Of a stretch of DNA of 64,000 nucleotides, positions 9,409 through 21,820 are shown piece by piece. Under the pieces are notes generated by a model, which saw only the letters and a program-made list of their open reading frames with translations, did no database searches and was not told where the DNA came from. Made by a program: the position numbers and the translations under genes. Positions within the stretch are counted from its first letter, which is position 1. Each line of letters opens with the position of its first letter. The stretch spans positions 1 to 64,000 of the forward strand of contig NW_013547018.1 in the NCBI RefSeq assembly GCF_000711695.1, read 5' to 3'. The stretch is from Tilletiaria anomala UBC 951 (taxonomy: Eukaryota).

Positions 9409-12400
9409 TCATCCTGCAGCGATGTCCTCCACAGCAACGCGCTTTGTCTCCTCGAACCACTTTCCGTACCCGCTCTCCAGAAGTTGCTCTACTTCGGAGA
9501 TCTCGGTGGCAAAATCCGCTAACAGGTTGTCCAGCTCCTCCTCCGACTTATCGTTTCTGCTGCCCTCAAAGCGACCCTGCAGCACTTCCCGTGAGGGCGG
9601 CTCTAGCAGGGCGGATGAAGGAAGAAGTACGTCGTTGTCTAGGTCTGTAAAGGCATCATCACCGAATCAGTTTCGCGCCATTTCGCGGCCAGGACCCTGT
9701 TGGACTCGCCTTCTGGAGAAATGCTCGCGATTGCGCAGTACAGCTCAGTCTCGCGGAGCGCTTGCTTGACTTCTGCATCGCTCTTGCCAGCCGTATTAGA
9801 CACATCCTCCCAAGCATCATGCAGCAGCACGCGCCGCCAATATGCCCGGAGAATTGCGAGGCGACGTGCTTCCGGTAAGCTCTGTAGGAGATCGATGAGA
9901 TAAGAGTTATTGTCAGGTTGCATCGCATTACAAAGCAGAGAATTAGCTTTACCACGACGCACCTCGTGAGCACGGACGTAGGTCTGCAAAGCCTGGATAA
10001 AGTGTGGTTCGGAGAGCTCGTCGACGTTGTCCTTGAGCGTGAGAACATCAATGAGATCCTCCACGCCCAGTACCTGTCCAGTCGCACACAGCTCCCAGCA
10101 TTCCTTGAAATGCTGCTGGAAAGCCGGGTATGCATCCTGCAGCAGCCTCTGCGCAAAAAGAGCGATGTACGCATCTGCATCGCTATCATGCGACGCGGGC
10201 GCCTGAGCGCTACCCATCTGCTTGGCAAAGCACTCGCTCAGTTTTGTCTGGACATAGACGACATCGAGCATGTCGTCGATTCGCTGGAGCTCTAGCTGCG
10301 GACCTTCTTGTGCAACTTCTTCCTCACTGAGTTCGGCGGCATAAGCCAGTTTCGCCAAACTGAACTCCAGCTGCTCGCGGACAAGCACGCGCTCCGAAAC
10401 GGCAACAGAGGCGAGTGTGCCCGATGCGTCTCGGAAACGCGCCTGGCCCACCTCGTGAATCCAAGCAAGGGAGTCTAGCTCGGGATGCGCAGCGAGGAAA
10501 GCGCTCAGATGATCGATGTACTTGCTATGTTGCTCGAGCAGACGCCTATATTGCCCACTCGCGACGAAGTGCGCATACAGCTCGAAAGCGAAAGGTTGGC
10601 CGTACCGATCGACGTAATGGTGCAAGAGACTCTGCGCGGAGCCGACGCGCTCGTCGTCCGTGCAGAGCTGTGCGAGCACTTGGAAGTCGCGGTGTCGCTC
10701 CGCCAGACTGAACGCCTGGTCGCCGCTGCCAATGCGCGAAAGGGAGTGAATGACCTGTGGCCGTGCCGTCTTGAAGCGCGCAAGGAGCGCCTGGCGCTCT
10801 TGCTGTGCAAGGGCATCGCTTTCGTCAGCGACGATGAGCGACAGATACGCCAAGCGCTGCTCGTAAGCGGCCAGGGTGAAGTGCGCTAGCTGTACCAAAT
10901 AGGATTTCAGCTCGTGCTGCTCGCGCTGAGCTTGTGTACCTTCCGAGATGAAACCTTGCACATCAATATCTATCCCGCTGCCCAACTCGCGGCTACGCTC
11001 GCGCAGTAGCGCCTCAGTTGCGTCGAACGAGTTTTGTAGCGCATCGAGCGATGCCGAGCTGCACGTCCAGCTTTCGAATGCGGATGCCGGCACCGGTCCT
11101 GGCCATTGTGCTTGTTCCTGATCGCCTTCCTCGACCCACCGCCTGGCTCCTTGAAACGCAGCAACAAGGACACGATTCACGTGCAAGAGCACGTCCGTCT
11201 TGCTCCCCAGTGGCGCCTCGCGGAAGCTTCCCGCTTTGAGCTGCGCAGCGAACAGCGCAAAGAGTTGCGTGAGAAGAGGCCGGAGATGATGCGTGAAGAA
11301 GGCACGTAGTGTGTCTTCCTGTTGATGCTCGGATATGACACTTGCCTCGCTCAGGACAGTGTTGACAGCCTGCCTCAGCACGTGTAAACTGCGTCCTCGA
11401 GCTTGCGCCTCATTCTCGACCCAAATCTCCAGCGCAGCAGCAAGTAGCAACGCATGGTCGCGCAGTTGGTCTTTGGTGCTTGCATCTAGCATGGCCCACA
11501 CCACTGCGCCCTCTTCACGATCGCCGCCGTCGCCGAGCACTTGCAGGAGCCGTTGATGCCGCGCCAGGCGCTCGGCAAGCTGCGCGCGTGTGTCCAAGAT
11601 GGGCGGCAAGTAAGGCGAGCTGGAGGACAGCAGCGAGGCGCTGAGCTGCGTCGCTGCGATTGCAATCGCGAGGTGCTGATCATTCGCGATTGTTGAAGAT
11701 GACCCGAGAGAGCCAGCATGGATGCTAAATTCGAGTGGGTTCCCGGGCAGATCTCCAAAGAAGACGGCGGCTTCGAGCTGGCTCTGGCACCTGCCGACCT
11801 TCATTTGGAGTCGCTCACCCGCTCTGTCCCTTTCGCCTTGGACATCACCCCTCTCGCCTAATGTTTTCGATGTAACAATGGCTTCGGCGCGAAGCCAGTC
11901 AAATTCGAACAGCAACGCACCGCTGCGTGCGGTGAGGACAGGAAGAGGAGCGATGCTCCTGCCTCCTGCTTGTGTTGGGGGCATAATGTCCACGCCTTCG
12001 ACACCGAAGCCGAGCAGTCTGTTCTGGTGCGCCTGTTTGAGATGAATGATATGTTGGAACACCTCTTCCTCTGCTTCTGCTCCTGCTTCCGCTCTTGGGC
12101 CCCGCGCAACCAAGTTTGAGAGCATTTCACTGTCACCATTATCGTCCTCGAAGCCATCGCCACGGGGTAACAGGGCACGACCGAGGATGACGTTGATGAC
12201 GGTGTTGGGCCAAATAGCGTACAGGACTGGCCCGCCGAATGGGGCTGCGAGTCGCGGTGCTGAGTTCGGACGCGGGTCAGCCGCCATCGAGAAGGAGCCG
12301 TCGGCCGAGCCGCCGCTGCCGAGCCGAATATCGGTGCGAATTCGGAAGGTGGACGAAGAACGGTCTGTTCCTACCTTGGTTTGCTTGGTGTTTGACGTTG

Positions 12401-14032
12401 CTGCTTTCGTCAACACCCTACTTGAAGTAGAGTGTGCGGAATGAGCAGCAGTGGTGACGATGAGTATTCCAAAACGCCTTGCTGGCGTGGTAGTCGCCGA
12501 GGCCGCACAACTGTAGAGCAGTGCTACATCCCCGCCAAGCAGCCACTGTGCATCATGCACTTCAAGCTGCGGAACAGGGCTGGACTTTGGCTCCTGATCG
12601 AACAGTGAACGCACCTCAACCGAGCCGAGCAACTTGTCCCCCGACGATGATGCCGTGGCCAACGCCGAACCGTCGTTGTTCCCTCGAATCCCTGCATCGA
12701 CGAGCCACCGCTGCAGTGTGCATCCGCTGACAACCAGCAGCTCGTGCCTGCCATCGCTCTCCACGCCTGTTGAGAGTGCGCAAGAGGAAAGCGAGCGGAT
12801 GCTACCGGCGTAATCCGCTCCTGCGGCGCTCGCAGCTGCGGCTGCACCCACATCGACGCCGCCAAAGAACAATTTTCCCAGCAAGCTACGCGACGATGCG
12901 AGTGGCTGCGACTCGAGGTGCAGGTGCACACGTCCACCCTGCGAGACGACGTGCGCGCGGAAGAGCCGCGCGTGCGACGTGGCGAGAACGAGCGTGTTGC
13001 TGCTTGCGCTAAGGCGGTGGACAACGGTCACGATTTCGCTGGGCGCGAGCGCCATTCGCGCCGTCGTGCCCTGCTGTGATAGTGAGTTTGCATCCGTAGA
13101 GGACGTGGCAATGCTCGCGATCAGAGTCAGATGACCGGTGCGCTTGTGCACTAGCACGAGGCCCGGCTCAGCGCGCTGCGCAGAGTTGGACCATGGTACG
13201 AGTGCATGTAGGTAGGCCCCCTCGGCAGCGTTGGGAGCAGCTGAGGACACCAAAGATGGTGCTGGCGGCGGGAGCGAGAAGACGTAGCAAGTCGGCAACA
13301 TGTGACTGCTGGAAGTGGACACGGCCAGAAAGTTCCACGCGTAGCATTCAGTCGGTGTCAAAAGGACGGCAAAGCCAAGCGTGACGTCCAGATGCGCACC
13401 CAGCGATGTGGAGTACAGGTCTGTGCAGGAAGGGAATGATCAAATGATGATGAGATGAAAAGCCAGAAAGCCTGCTTTTGAGATCGGCGCTCACCCGACT
13501 CGGCTAAGACGTGCTCGACCTGCTCTGGCAAGCGCGAGTAAGCCGTGACAGCGTGCAGTTCATCGCGCACCAGCTCCGTGCCGGGCTGGATCCACTGAGC
13601 TGCATCAACTGCTTCTGCTTGTTCCTCTCCTTGCTTCCGTAAAGAGAGATATGCTCGCGCGCCGACTCCCAATCCTGACGCTCCTTCTGTAGAGTACGAG
13701 CCTGGCGTCGTAGCTCGATCGCTAGGCAGGCCAGGTGTGCCGCTTCGAGAACCGCGGGCCCGGTGATGCTGCTGAGAAGCGTCCAGAAGGAGCGGTGTAC
13801 GGGCTCTGCGGGCAGTTCTCCGTCTCTGCTGCTGGTTCTGACTTTGGCCGCCCAGTGGCGAGGTGTGCTGGTACGAGTAGGATGCGAAGGACGCATCTGC
13901 CCCTCCTGTCACAATTGGTGTGCCCGAGCGACTGTCTCGCATCACACCAAACGAGGCGAGTGCGCCTGTACCTCCGCTTGCCCCTGCTTGGCGGCGCGTC
14001 GAAGCCGACTGCTGTTTGGGTGTCGAGAACAT
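9409..14032 (-). CDS. NUP133: Nucleoporin Nup133
   Basis: Large protein starting MFSTPK, with a beta-propeller-like N half and a helical C half containing AFSLAERHRDFQVLAQLC, LAWIHEV, SLAKLA, DLIDVLTLKD and WRRVLLHDAW. Introns at 13421-13494, ~9884-9963 and 9645-9709; stop at 9409. Confidence 0.85.
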
Positions 14033-14592
14033 GATTGCGCAGGCCTTGTAAACGAGATCCCCCTAGCGATTAACCACTGTCAGGGTCAATCCGAGTCGCT
14101 GTTGTCGGGAGACTGCTGCGCCTTTTTTCCGACAGTCTGCAATGAAAAGACAGCTGGGAAGCCAGTAACTGGCACAGCTCTCAGACAGAAGGATGGCGCA
14201 CGAGCATCGAATCGAAGCAATGCACCGCCTGCATGAACATGCCAGTCCACAGTCTGAGAGTTGTGAGCTGTCCAGGATCGGTCACGGCCTGATCGTCTCG
14301 GGGAGTTGCGCATCAAAGTTAGTGTTCTTCTCGTGAGGCCGTGACCATGGCCTGGTACGTTGCATTAGAGTTGCGAGTTGCACCGATTTAGAGATCCAAC
14401 GCCCAACCACCAACCAGCAGTCCGCCGAAAGGGACATCTTTTAACTTGATTCTCGTCTACGCGAGCGCGGAGGTATGTTCGGTTTTTTGGGGGGAGCTGC
14501 TTCTCAATTTGTCACACAAGAATCTCAGTTCGTGTGGCCTGTCCCTAAAACAAAGCGTGCGGCCTGTATGTGGAGATGGTGTGACCGCCAAG

Positions 14593-15863
14593 ATGCAGCC
14601 GGCACCAAAATCAGCAGAAACGCAAGCAGCACAGCGCACAGCCTCCGCCTACCTCGTCGCCAAGTCCGAAGCGCAGGCAGCGCGCAACTGGGATGTGTTC
14701 TACAAGAACAACGAAACGCGCTTCTTTAAAGATCGGCATTGGACGCAACGCGAGTGGGGTGAGGACCTCGGCATCGGTGCAAGCGCGAGCAGCAGGAGCG
14801 CCGATGAGGCCAGACAGGCGCGAGAAAATGATAATGAGGCCGACGATGATGACAACGACCTCGCGCGCGAGCTGATGGACGCAACTGCAAAGACAACCGC
14901 TCATAGTGGCAAAGGAAAGGGAAAGCAACTTGAACCTGTGCTGCTGGAAGTCGGCTGCGGTGTAGGCAACATGCTGTATCCAGTGAGTACACACATGGTC
15001 GCACCAAGCTAGCAGCGCTGTCCTCACCAAGTTCGCTGTCACATGTATGACCATTTTGCTCAATCTACTTGTGAATTTCCGTTTGCTGTGCCCTCTACAC
15101 CCTTCCACGACGCATTTACTCCACCGCATCGTAGCTACTGGAGCGCTACCCAAATCTCAAATGCCACGCGTGCGATTTCTCCAAACGAGCCGTGGACTTT
15201 GTGAAGTCGCACCCTTCCTACACACCCGAGCGTGTGCATGCTTTCGTTTACGATCTCACATCCACAAGTCCACCCTCGCTTGTAGAACTCGTGATGTCTG
15301 TTGGCAGCGTGTCTTCACCACCACCACCAGCATCAATACCAACCATCCCTCCGCCGACGACGATCAGCATGATCTTCGTTCTCTCCGCTATCCCTCCACA
15401 GCTCCACGAGCAGGTGCTCCGCTCGATGGTCGCTTGCTTGCGCGCTTCGTCCGCTTCCGCCTCTGCTGATCATAGTGGCAATATTGTACCATCAACAGCC
15501 GACGAAGCGTCTACTGCTTCCCTGCAAGCACCAACACCCACAATACTCCTTCGCGACTACGCCTCCGGTGACCTCGCGCAGGTACGCTTTGACAGCAAAG
15601 ACGCTGCGCTGCCATCGTACCGCGAACCGACGCGCCTCTCACCTGCGGCGCCATACTATCGGCGCGGAGCGGACAACACGCTTGCCTACTTTTTCGACGT
15701 GGACCAGCTGCAGCGCCTCGCGCGCCGCTGCGGATTAGTAGGGGAGGCTAAGGTTGTCGAACGCAGCAGCGAGAACAGAAAGACAGGGGTGGTATTAAGG
15801 AGACGGTTCATCCAGGCTCGATGGACGCTTGCAATAGAAGGGGAGGAAGACCAAACAGAGTAG
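14593..15863 (+). CDS. TRM140: tRNA N3-methylcytidine methyltransferase (Trm140/METTL2/METTL6 family); intron 14983-15134
   Basis: AARNWDVFYKNNETRFFKDRHW, SAM motif LEVGCGVGN, HACDFSKRAV, MIFVLSAI, LLRDYASGDLAQVRF. Start codon tentative. Confidence 0.85.
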
Positions 15864-16031
15864 CAGTGCGGAAGAAATGCATGCTCGTCTTCGTCGTATT
15901 CCCGGCAAAATCAGATTGGCATTAACATGAATGGAATTAATCTGCAACTGCACCGTAAGCGGCGCATCGCCGCATACTCCACTCGGAAGGGTATGTGTCC
16001 GCCCTTTTTATGCTACGGCTATGCTCACACT

Positions 16032-16796
16032 TCATCGTCGCAGCGAAGGAGAAGGTGTCTGCATCGCCTCGGCTCCTCGTCGCCGAGCATCCATCAAGGA
16101 AGCTGATACTGAAGATGAGGACGCAGACGAAGAGATGAGGCAGCCGCCACGCATGGCTGCTATCCGCCAGCGCTCCTCTTCTACTGGGTTGAGGTGCGAT
16201 TCGGTGCGGATGACGGTGCCAATAGACATGAAGAAGCTGGGCGGGCAGGAGGGTAAAGAGTGGTCATGTGAGCTCGGAAGTTCCTTCAAATGATCCACAA
16301 CGGCGACGGGATCAACGCACCCGAATGTTGCAGCTGATGTGCCCATGAATTGAGTGAGCGTTGCCATCGTCCCTTTGGGTCCTGGTCCAGCTCTGTTCTC
16401 AAGTACATTCATGAGGGAAAAGAGGGCCGATTAAGAAAGGCGGGTCAGTTTGCATTGCAGGAAGCGGTCTGTAAGGATCGGGTAGCAACGACCCAAGGAG
16501 GGAAGCGCACCTTAGGATCTGAAAGGCACCGCCGATGAATCCGATCGTCAATCCGACGCCAACGCCCATCATCGCGCCCATCCCAACTGCATGGTGTGCA
16601 TAACATATCCAAGGTGATATCGGCGACAATTTGCATGATGAAAAGGGTAAGAATTTAAAGTTTATCATACAAGAGTCCATCAGCCATCCAAAGTATCTTT
16701 GCGACCGGACGCCAGCAGTAAGCCTGACTCACGCTTCTGAAGCAAGCCCGGCGCCGGCTGGCCTGGTTGCTGGACGACTTGAGCGGGTGGCGGCAT
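16032..16796 (-). CDS. MGR2: Mgr2 / ROMO1, TIM23 complex subunit (4 exons)
   Basis: Spliced product MPPP...GMGAMMGVGVGLTIGFIGGAFQILR|AGPGPKG...GTSAATFG|FFMSIGTVIR matches the Romo1 family signature. Confidence 0.9.
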
Positions 16797-17185
16797 GATC
16801 GGCTCGAGATTGATTGTCGACTCTGTGACTTCGCTTTGCGATGAGAAGGATCGAGCAGCTGATGTAGGCAAAAACGGTGGCTGCCTCCAGCCTTCGAGGA
16901 ACCCTCTGCCAGTGGATAGAGCGAGTTACAAGCGCTTTGCAAGGCCTCAGCTTGAATGCTGCGACGTCGAACAGAAGTTGGAGCAAAGCCAAAGGCAGTC
17001 AGCAGTCCTCCCAATCGAGTTGCGCAAAAGGCAGGAAAGAAAGTCTCGTGCCGATGGACAACTGCAGGTCCGCAGACTGCAGCTGTCGACAGTCTACCCG
17101 CGGCCAGTGGCGGGACCCTGCCCTCTGCCTGGGTTCTAGTTCATTCTTTTGTATCCGTTTTATTTTTGTGCCCTGCACATCCCCG

Positions 17186-17233
17186 GTCACGTGACACATG
17201 TAAATGGCAGGCTGATGGCAGGGCCCATATATA
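17186..17233 (+). promoter_or_regulatory. Palindromic E-box GTCACGTGAC (17186-17195) plus TATATA (17228-17233)
   Basis: Perfect 10-bp bHLH-type palindrome about 30 nt upstream of a TATA element in an intergenic region. Confidence 0.35.
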
Positions 17234-17680
17234 GATCTCCATATCGTACTGCATCATCGCACCATCTTCCAGGACGAGCACTCCTTCCATCGACTATGCC
17301 CTTCAAGCTGCTCAACCCTGCATCCACAAGGGCAACAGGTTCGTCCGAGGCCCAGATTTACAAAGCGAAAGTGGCTGCAGCAGCGATATGGGTGCATCGG
17401 AAGACACACAGGCAACGAGGAGGGGGAGTGTGTGTTGCGTCTGACTAACAGCAGAATACGAGCCCCCATGGTGTTCTTATCTCCGGCAAAAGAAAAAGTC
17501 TCCAGTACACCCAGAAAAGAAATCAACATCCTCCATCTCGTTGCTGCTCGCTCGGGGTGTTTTGTTCCCTTTCTACTTTCACTAATTTCAGTCAGAATAG
17601 AGAACAGAGCTTCCAGAGAGCAGGAAAGCCAAGAAAATTAGACAAATGCAGCTTTTGATCTGCAAAATACAATCTGGTTG

Positions 17681-19756
17681 TCACCGTTGAAGCGGCAACG
17701 ATGCAATGCACGGCGCTTGTAGCAGCTCGCCCGTCCAGAATCCCTTCGCCGTCGGGACTGCAACAGCAGCCCAAAAGATGACGTTGGCGAAGACGAAGCC
17801 TGTGTATGTAATCTTGAGCGCAAGCGAGTCGAGCGTGAGGGCCAGTCGCGCAGTGCATATCGCCATTGACGCGACTGGGAACGTCATGGACCACCAGCCC
17901 ATGTTGAACGGTAGCCTCCCCTCTTTGCGCTCCCTCAGAATCGTCAACATGGCGATCATCAGCCACCAGATTCCAAGCGCCCAGAGGAAAAGGGCCCCGA
18001 TCAAGCCAGCGGCGTACATCGCTTGTCCGACGTCAAAGAGCTGCGGGATGCCAGTCCGCTCGACGGGCCGCGAAATGTACGGAAAGAGCTTCATTGCCAC
18101 CTGGCCCTAAGCAGCGATAGGAGTTAAATTGGGAGGGGTTGTGGCAATGGACAACGAGCACAAGACGCAGCGCTCCCACTCACTAGATGCAGTACCGCTT
18201 CACCTCCTTGTCCACAAGGGCCCAGGGGGAGCATGCAGCTGATGATGGTCTCCCTTGGCGGGCTGTTGAAAAGCAACAATCGTTGAAAGTAGAGTACGAG
18301 CACAGCAAGTGCCAGCGGCAGACCGACGCCGAGGACGAGGTAACTGGTACACATGATCGTCCATGAATAGGCATAGTACGGCTCTCCGCCGTACTCGATG
18401 AGCAAGTCGCACAGCGTCGACCCTACTGCTGCTACTGTGATTGGCGGTACAATCGGCAGAAGCAGCGCCGCGGTTGTCCCTTCGAAGTAGTGATCTTGAT
18501 ATGTCATCATACTCCACGGTATACCTACGCTAGTCAACAAGCTTAGGGCGACAGTAAGCCACCAGAAGCCCGTCATGACCACCGTCCAAGAAAGACCGAG
18601 GTGAAATTCCCGCGTGCCGAGTTGCGCTATGCCGCTAATGATCGTCACCAAGCCCATCACGGGCGTGCCGAGGAACATGGACTTTTGAGGGTGCTTGACG
18701 GTCAGTGGGAGGACTTGTGGCCAGATGATGTACCGCGCAGAAAACATGGCTGCGAATAGAATAAATCTGTGCGTGCAGATCAATGGATGCTGCTGTAAAA
18801 GATCGATTCGCGGAAGTGCCGCGACGTGTGGAGAGGAAACGCGAGCAATACCCACATTATGACATCCGCGACGATCCACACAATCGCCGGATATCGAAGT
18901 CCGACCAGAAGCGAGGGCCATACTTGGCCAAGAAGCAGAAAGAGGGTGGCAAGGACTCCGGTGCCCATCGTCACCTGACAAATGAGTACGAGTCAGTAAA
19001 AGCGTCTGTTCTCTTTGTTCACGTGCCACCCAGTTGGCAACTCACACTGAACCAGGATGGCGTAAAGTGCAACACGCGATCTCGTATGTCTCTTCTAGGC
19101 GGAGCTGTGTCTTTTTGATTCGAACTGACACTTAAACCAGTCTTGCACCTTCCCAGCTTCTCCTCGTCGGAAAGGTGTGCCCCGCCCGTAATGTCATCGC
19201 CTGCAGCATTTTGCTTGCTGGCATCATCCGCAACTCCCCCTTCATCACCGTTCGAACCTCCTACTTGTCCTTTTTCGATATCGTGTGCACCAGGTTTCGA
19301 TGCCCTTGTTCGCCTACGAGAACCCTCTACCCCGGTCGAACCAGATACCTTGCTACTGCTTTCAGCAGACTGTGAAGTCGCACTGCCTGTTAGTGCAGTC
19401 TGATCAACAGCACCTGTTAATGCTCCGTCGCGTATTATAGACACATGTTTCCCTTCAAACGGTAAAATTCCTTTATCACCTTGTCCACATTGTTCCAGAG
19501 GCGATTGTGAGGGTATTGGCGACAATAGAGCACGTTCGCGGTCTGCCATGGAGCCAGTTTTGAGCGATGCAATGCGAAGCAGTTGTGCCTCCTCGTCGTT
19601 GTCGACGGTGGTGGAGAGTACAGGGTCATCTATAGAGGCTTCGACCGCTTCGATATCGCCTGATGCTGCGGTAGATGTGGGCAGCCCTGATGCACAAGGT
19701 TGGCCGGAGGTGGCGCCGCGTCTGTTCCGATCACAGGGATGCTTGCACCGAGGCAT
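17681..19756 (-). CDS. SLAC1/TDT family transporter (Ssu1 sulfite efflux / Mae1 malate transporter)
   Basis: RVLHFTPSWFSV|TMGTG, HPQKSMFLGTPVMG, TAALLLPIVPPITVAAVG, LPLGPCGQGG, PFNMGWWSMTFP; multiple TM segments and several introns. Start tentative. Confidence 0.85.
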
Positions 19757-21284
19757 GTCGGCCTTGATGCTCTGAACCCCGCGCCAAACCTCGAGTATGC
19801 GAAAGGCTTTTCCGGAAGCCGCCGGCTCGAGCTATGTTTTAGCGACCTCCACGAGCAGGCTGGCCCATACTGTCATATAGCAAGCTTGACGCAATGAGCT
19901 ACTCTTCGCGGAGATGCCGATGTTGACGTAGCAATACGATTTGAGCTTTCGACTCGCTCGTACCGCTGCTGAAGGTAATTGCACCGAACAAGATGGTCAA
20001 TTGTGATCACGACTTGCCTTGCTTAAATGGCATCTGGGACGCTCATAAGTCATAAGAGTCAGACTTGGAGATGGAGGAAGAGCCCATGATTGAAAACGAT
20101 CGTGCGTTGTTTGGGCTTCGACTCATGGACGACAAAAAAATAAATCTGGTCCGCGACAGCCGAACTAATTTGTCTCTAGACTTGGTGGGTTACAGGGATT
20201 ATAGTCTTCACCCCCTAAACGTCCGGGTCGGATATCCGCGAAAATGCAGAAATCTTCTGGAGGGCATACAACTAAGGCAAGTCAAGAATCCCGGGAATCA
20301 AATACTTCTCCTTTGCGCCGAAAGTAAGCTCAGAACTGTTGGAAATAATGCTCGATACGGAGGGTATACCCTCGCTCTTTATAGCAGCGCTTTTCGAGCA
20401 GCATGTGCAGACTCTGAAGCAGTATAAACATCTGATGGCAGATCACCTGGCAAGTCATGCCGGAGGACAGCAGCGCGGCTCACACTCCGAGGCAGGAAGG
20501 GGAGTTGCCACGGCGGAAGCAGCTACGAGAGCGAATGATTGATTGATGGCACCCTAGACCAGCTCCGCAGTAGAGAAACGCGAGACCGCGGGGTAGCCTG
20601 ATGCGATCAGCACACGAACACGGTTCACTCTCAACATGACCTCATGTCAGGCGAGTTTGCCAAAGCCGTGGGTGCGTAACTCCTGTGGCTGCTGCTGCCC
20701 CCTGAGTACAGGCAGCTATCAGCAGCCGCGGGCGGCACGTCATGCTAAGAGCGAACCGCATCCAGAAAAATGAGTTCTCAACTGATCAACGGGGTAGTGC
20801 ACTGTACTTTCCGACGGGGAATATTATTCGTTCGTTGGGTGTCTTGCATTGGAATATCCCAAGCCCTCGAGCAATGGAATCCAGTCAGGAATAGACGGCT
20901 GGACGGCCGGGCGGCTTTCCTGTAGCATTCCTTCGAATGGTCTGAGGCACACAGTTCTGCTGCTGCTGCCTCGCAATGATCCGGTATTGCTGCCGGTTTG
21001 TGGAAGCTGGTCTACAGCCGCCATGGCGATATCCAGGGAGGCGGCTGCAGGAAACCTTCAAATTGCAGCTTTCGCATGGTACTGGCCGTTGAAGCGAGCG
21101 CCTGGTCAGTTGACCCGGCTGAGAGACGATTCCAAGGCAGCATCCGATCGTCAACACTTTGGCTTTAAAGGTTCCACACATTGAACCAAAATCCGCGGGT
21201 GGTTCGTGCGCGATTTGCACGATGTGTGCGATTCATCGGGGGTTGCGTCTGATAAGCCAGGACTTGATGAAAGGCGATATGGAT

Positions 21285-21613
21285 AATTGAAATCTGACTT
21301 GAATGCGGCACACTGTCGTGTCAACTCATGACACGCTCATATTGATAACTGGTGTCAGCCCAAAACAGGGCACTGTTGAACTGGAGAGAAGCGCAGGAGG
21401 AAATGGAAGATTGTCCGACGGCTTGCTCCCGGTAGCTCCGACGAGGTGAACAAATGCATGGTCAGCATTGACAAGAACGCGTCGCGACGCGTCGCGCTTT
21501 GGCAGAATGTGACGCGTCACGCGGTAGCAGGCACTGAGCCAGTGGGTGACTGGCAGAACTTCTCTCGGCCGACACGCCTCCTCAATAGAAAACACCTCTA
21601 CCATCCAGGTCAC
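21285..21613 (-). mobile_element. Possible pogo/Tc1-mariner DDE_1 transposase remnant
   Basis: RRVLVNADHAFVH (cf. RxxLLxxDNxxxH), then LPFPP..SS, and after a frameshift VDTTV/AAFKSDF (cf. QPLDxGII..FK..Y). Lies in a 2-kb gene-free gap. Confidence 0.3.
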
Positions 21614-21820
21614 ATTGCTGAGGAGCGCTCGACTTGTTCACCAAAGGTGTCTCAGACACGCATGGGTGATCACCCTGTTGAACGAGCAGAGGCCCGCAGC
21701 AGAGGTCAAAGGTGGATCTTAAAAGCGCGTTCTTCCAAGCTTTCGAACGTTTGCTTAGCGTGAGAAGGCGGGTAAGCGACTTCTGGGGTTCATCTTCCCT
21801 CTCCCTTCTGTATCATCGTG

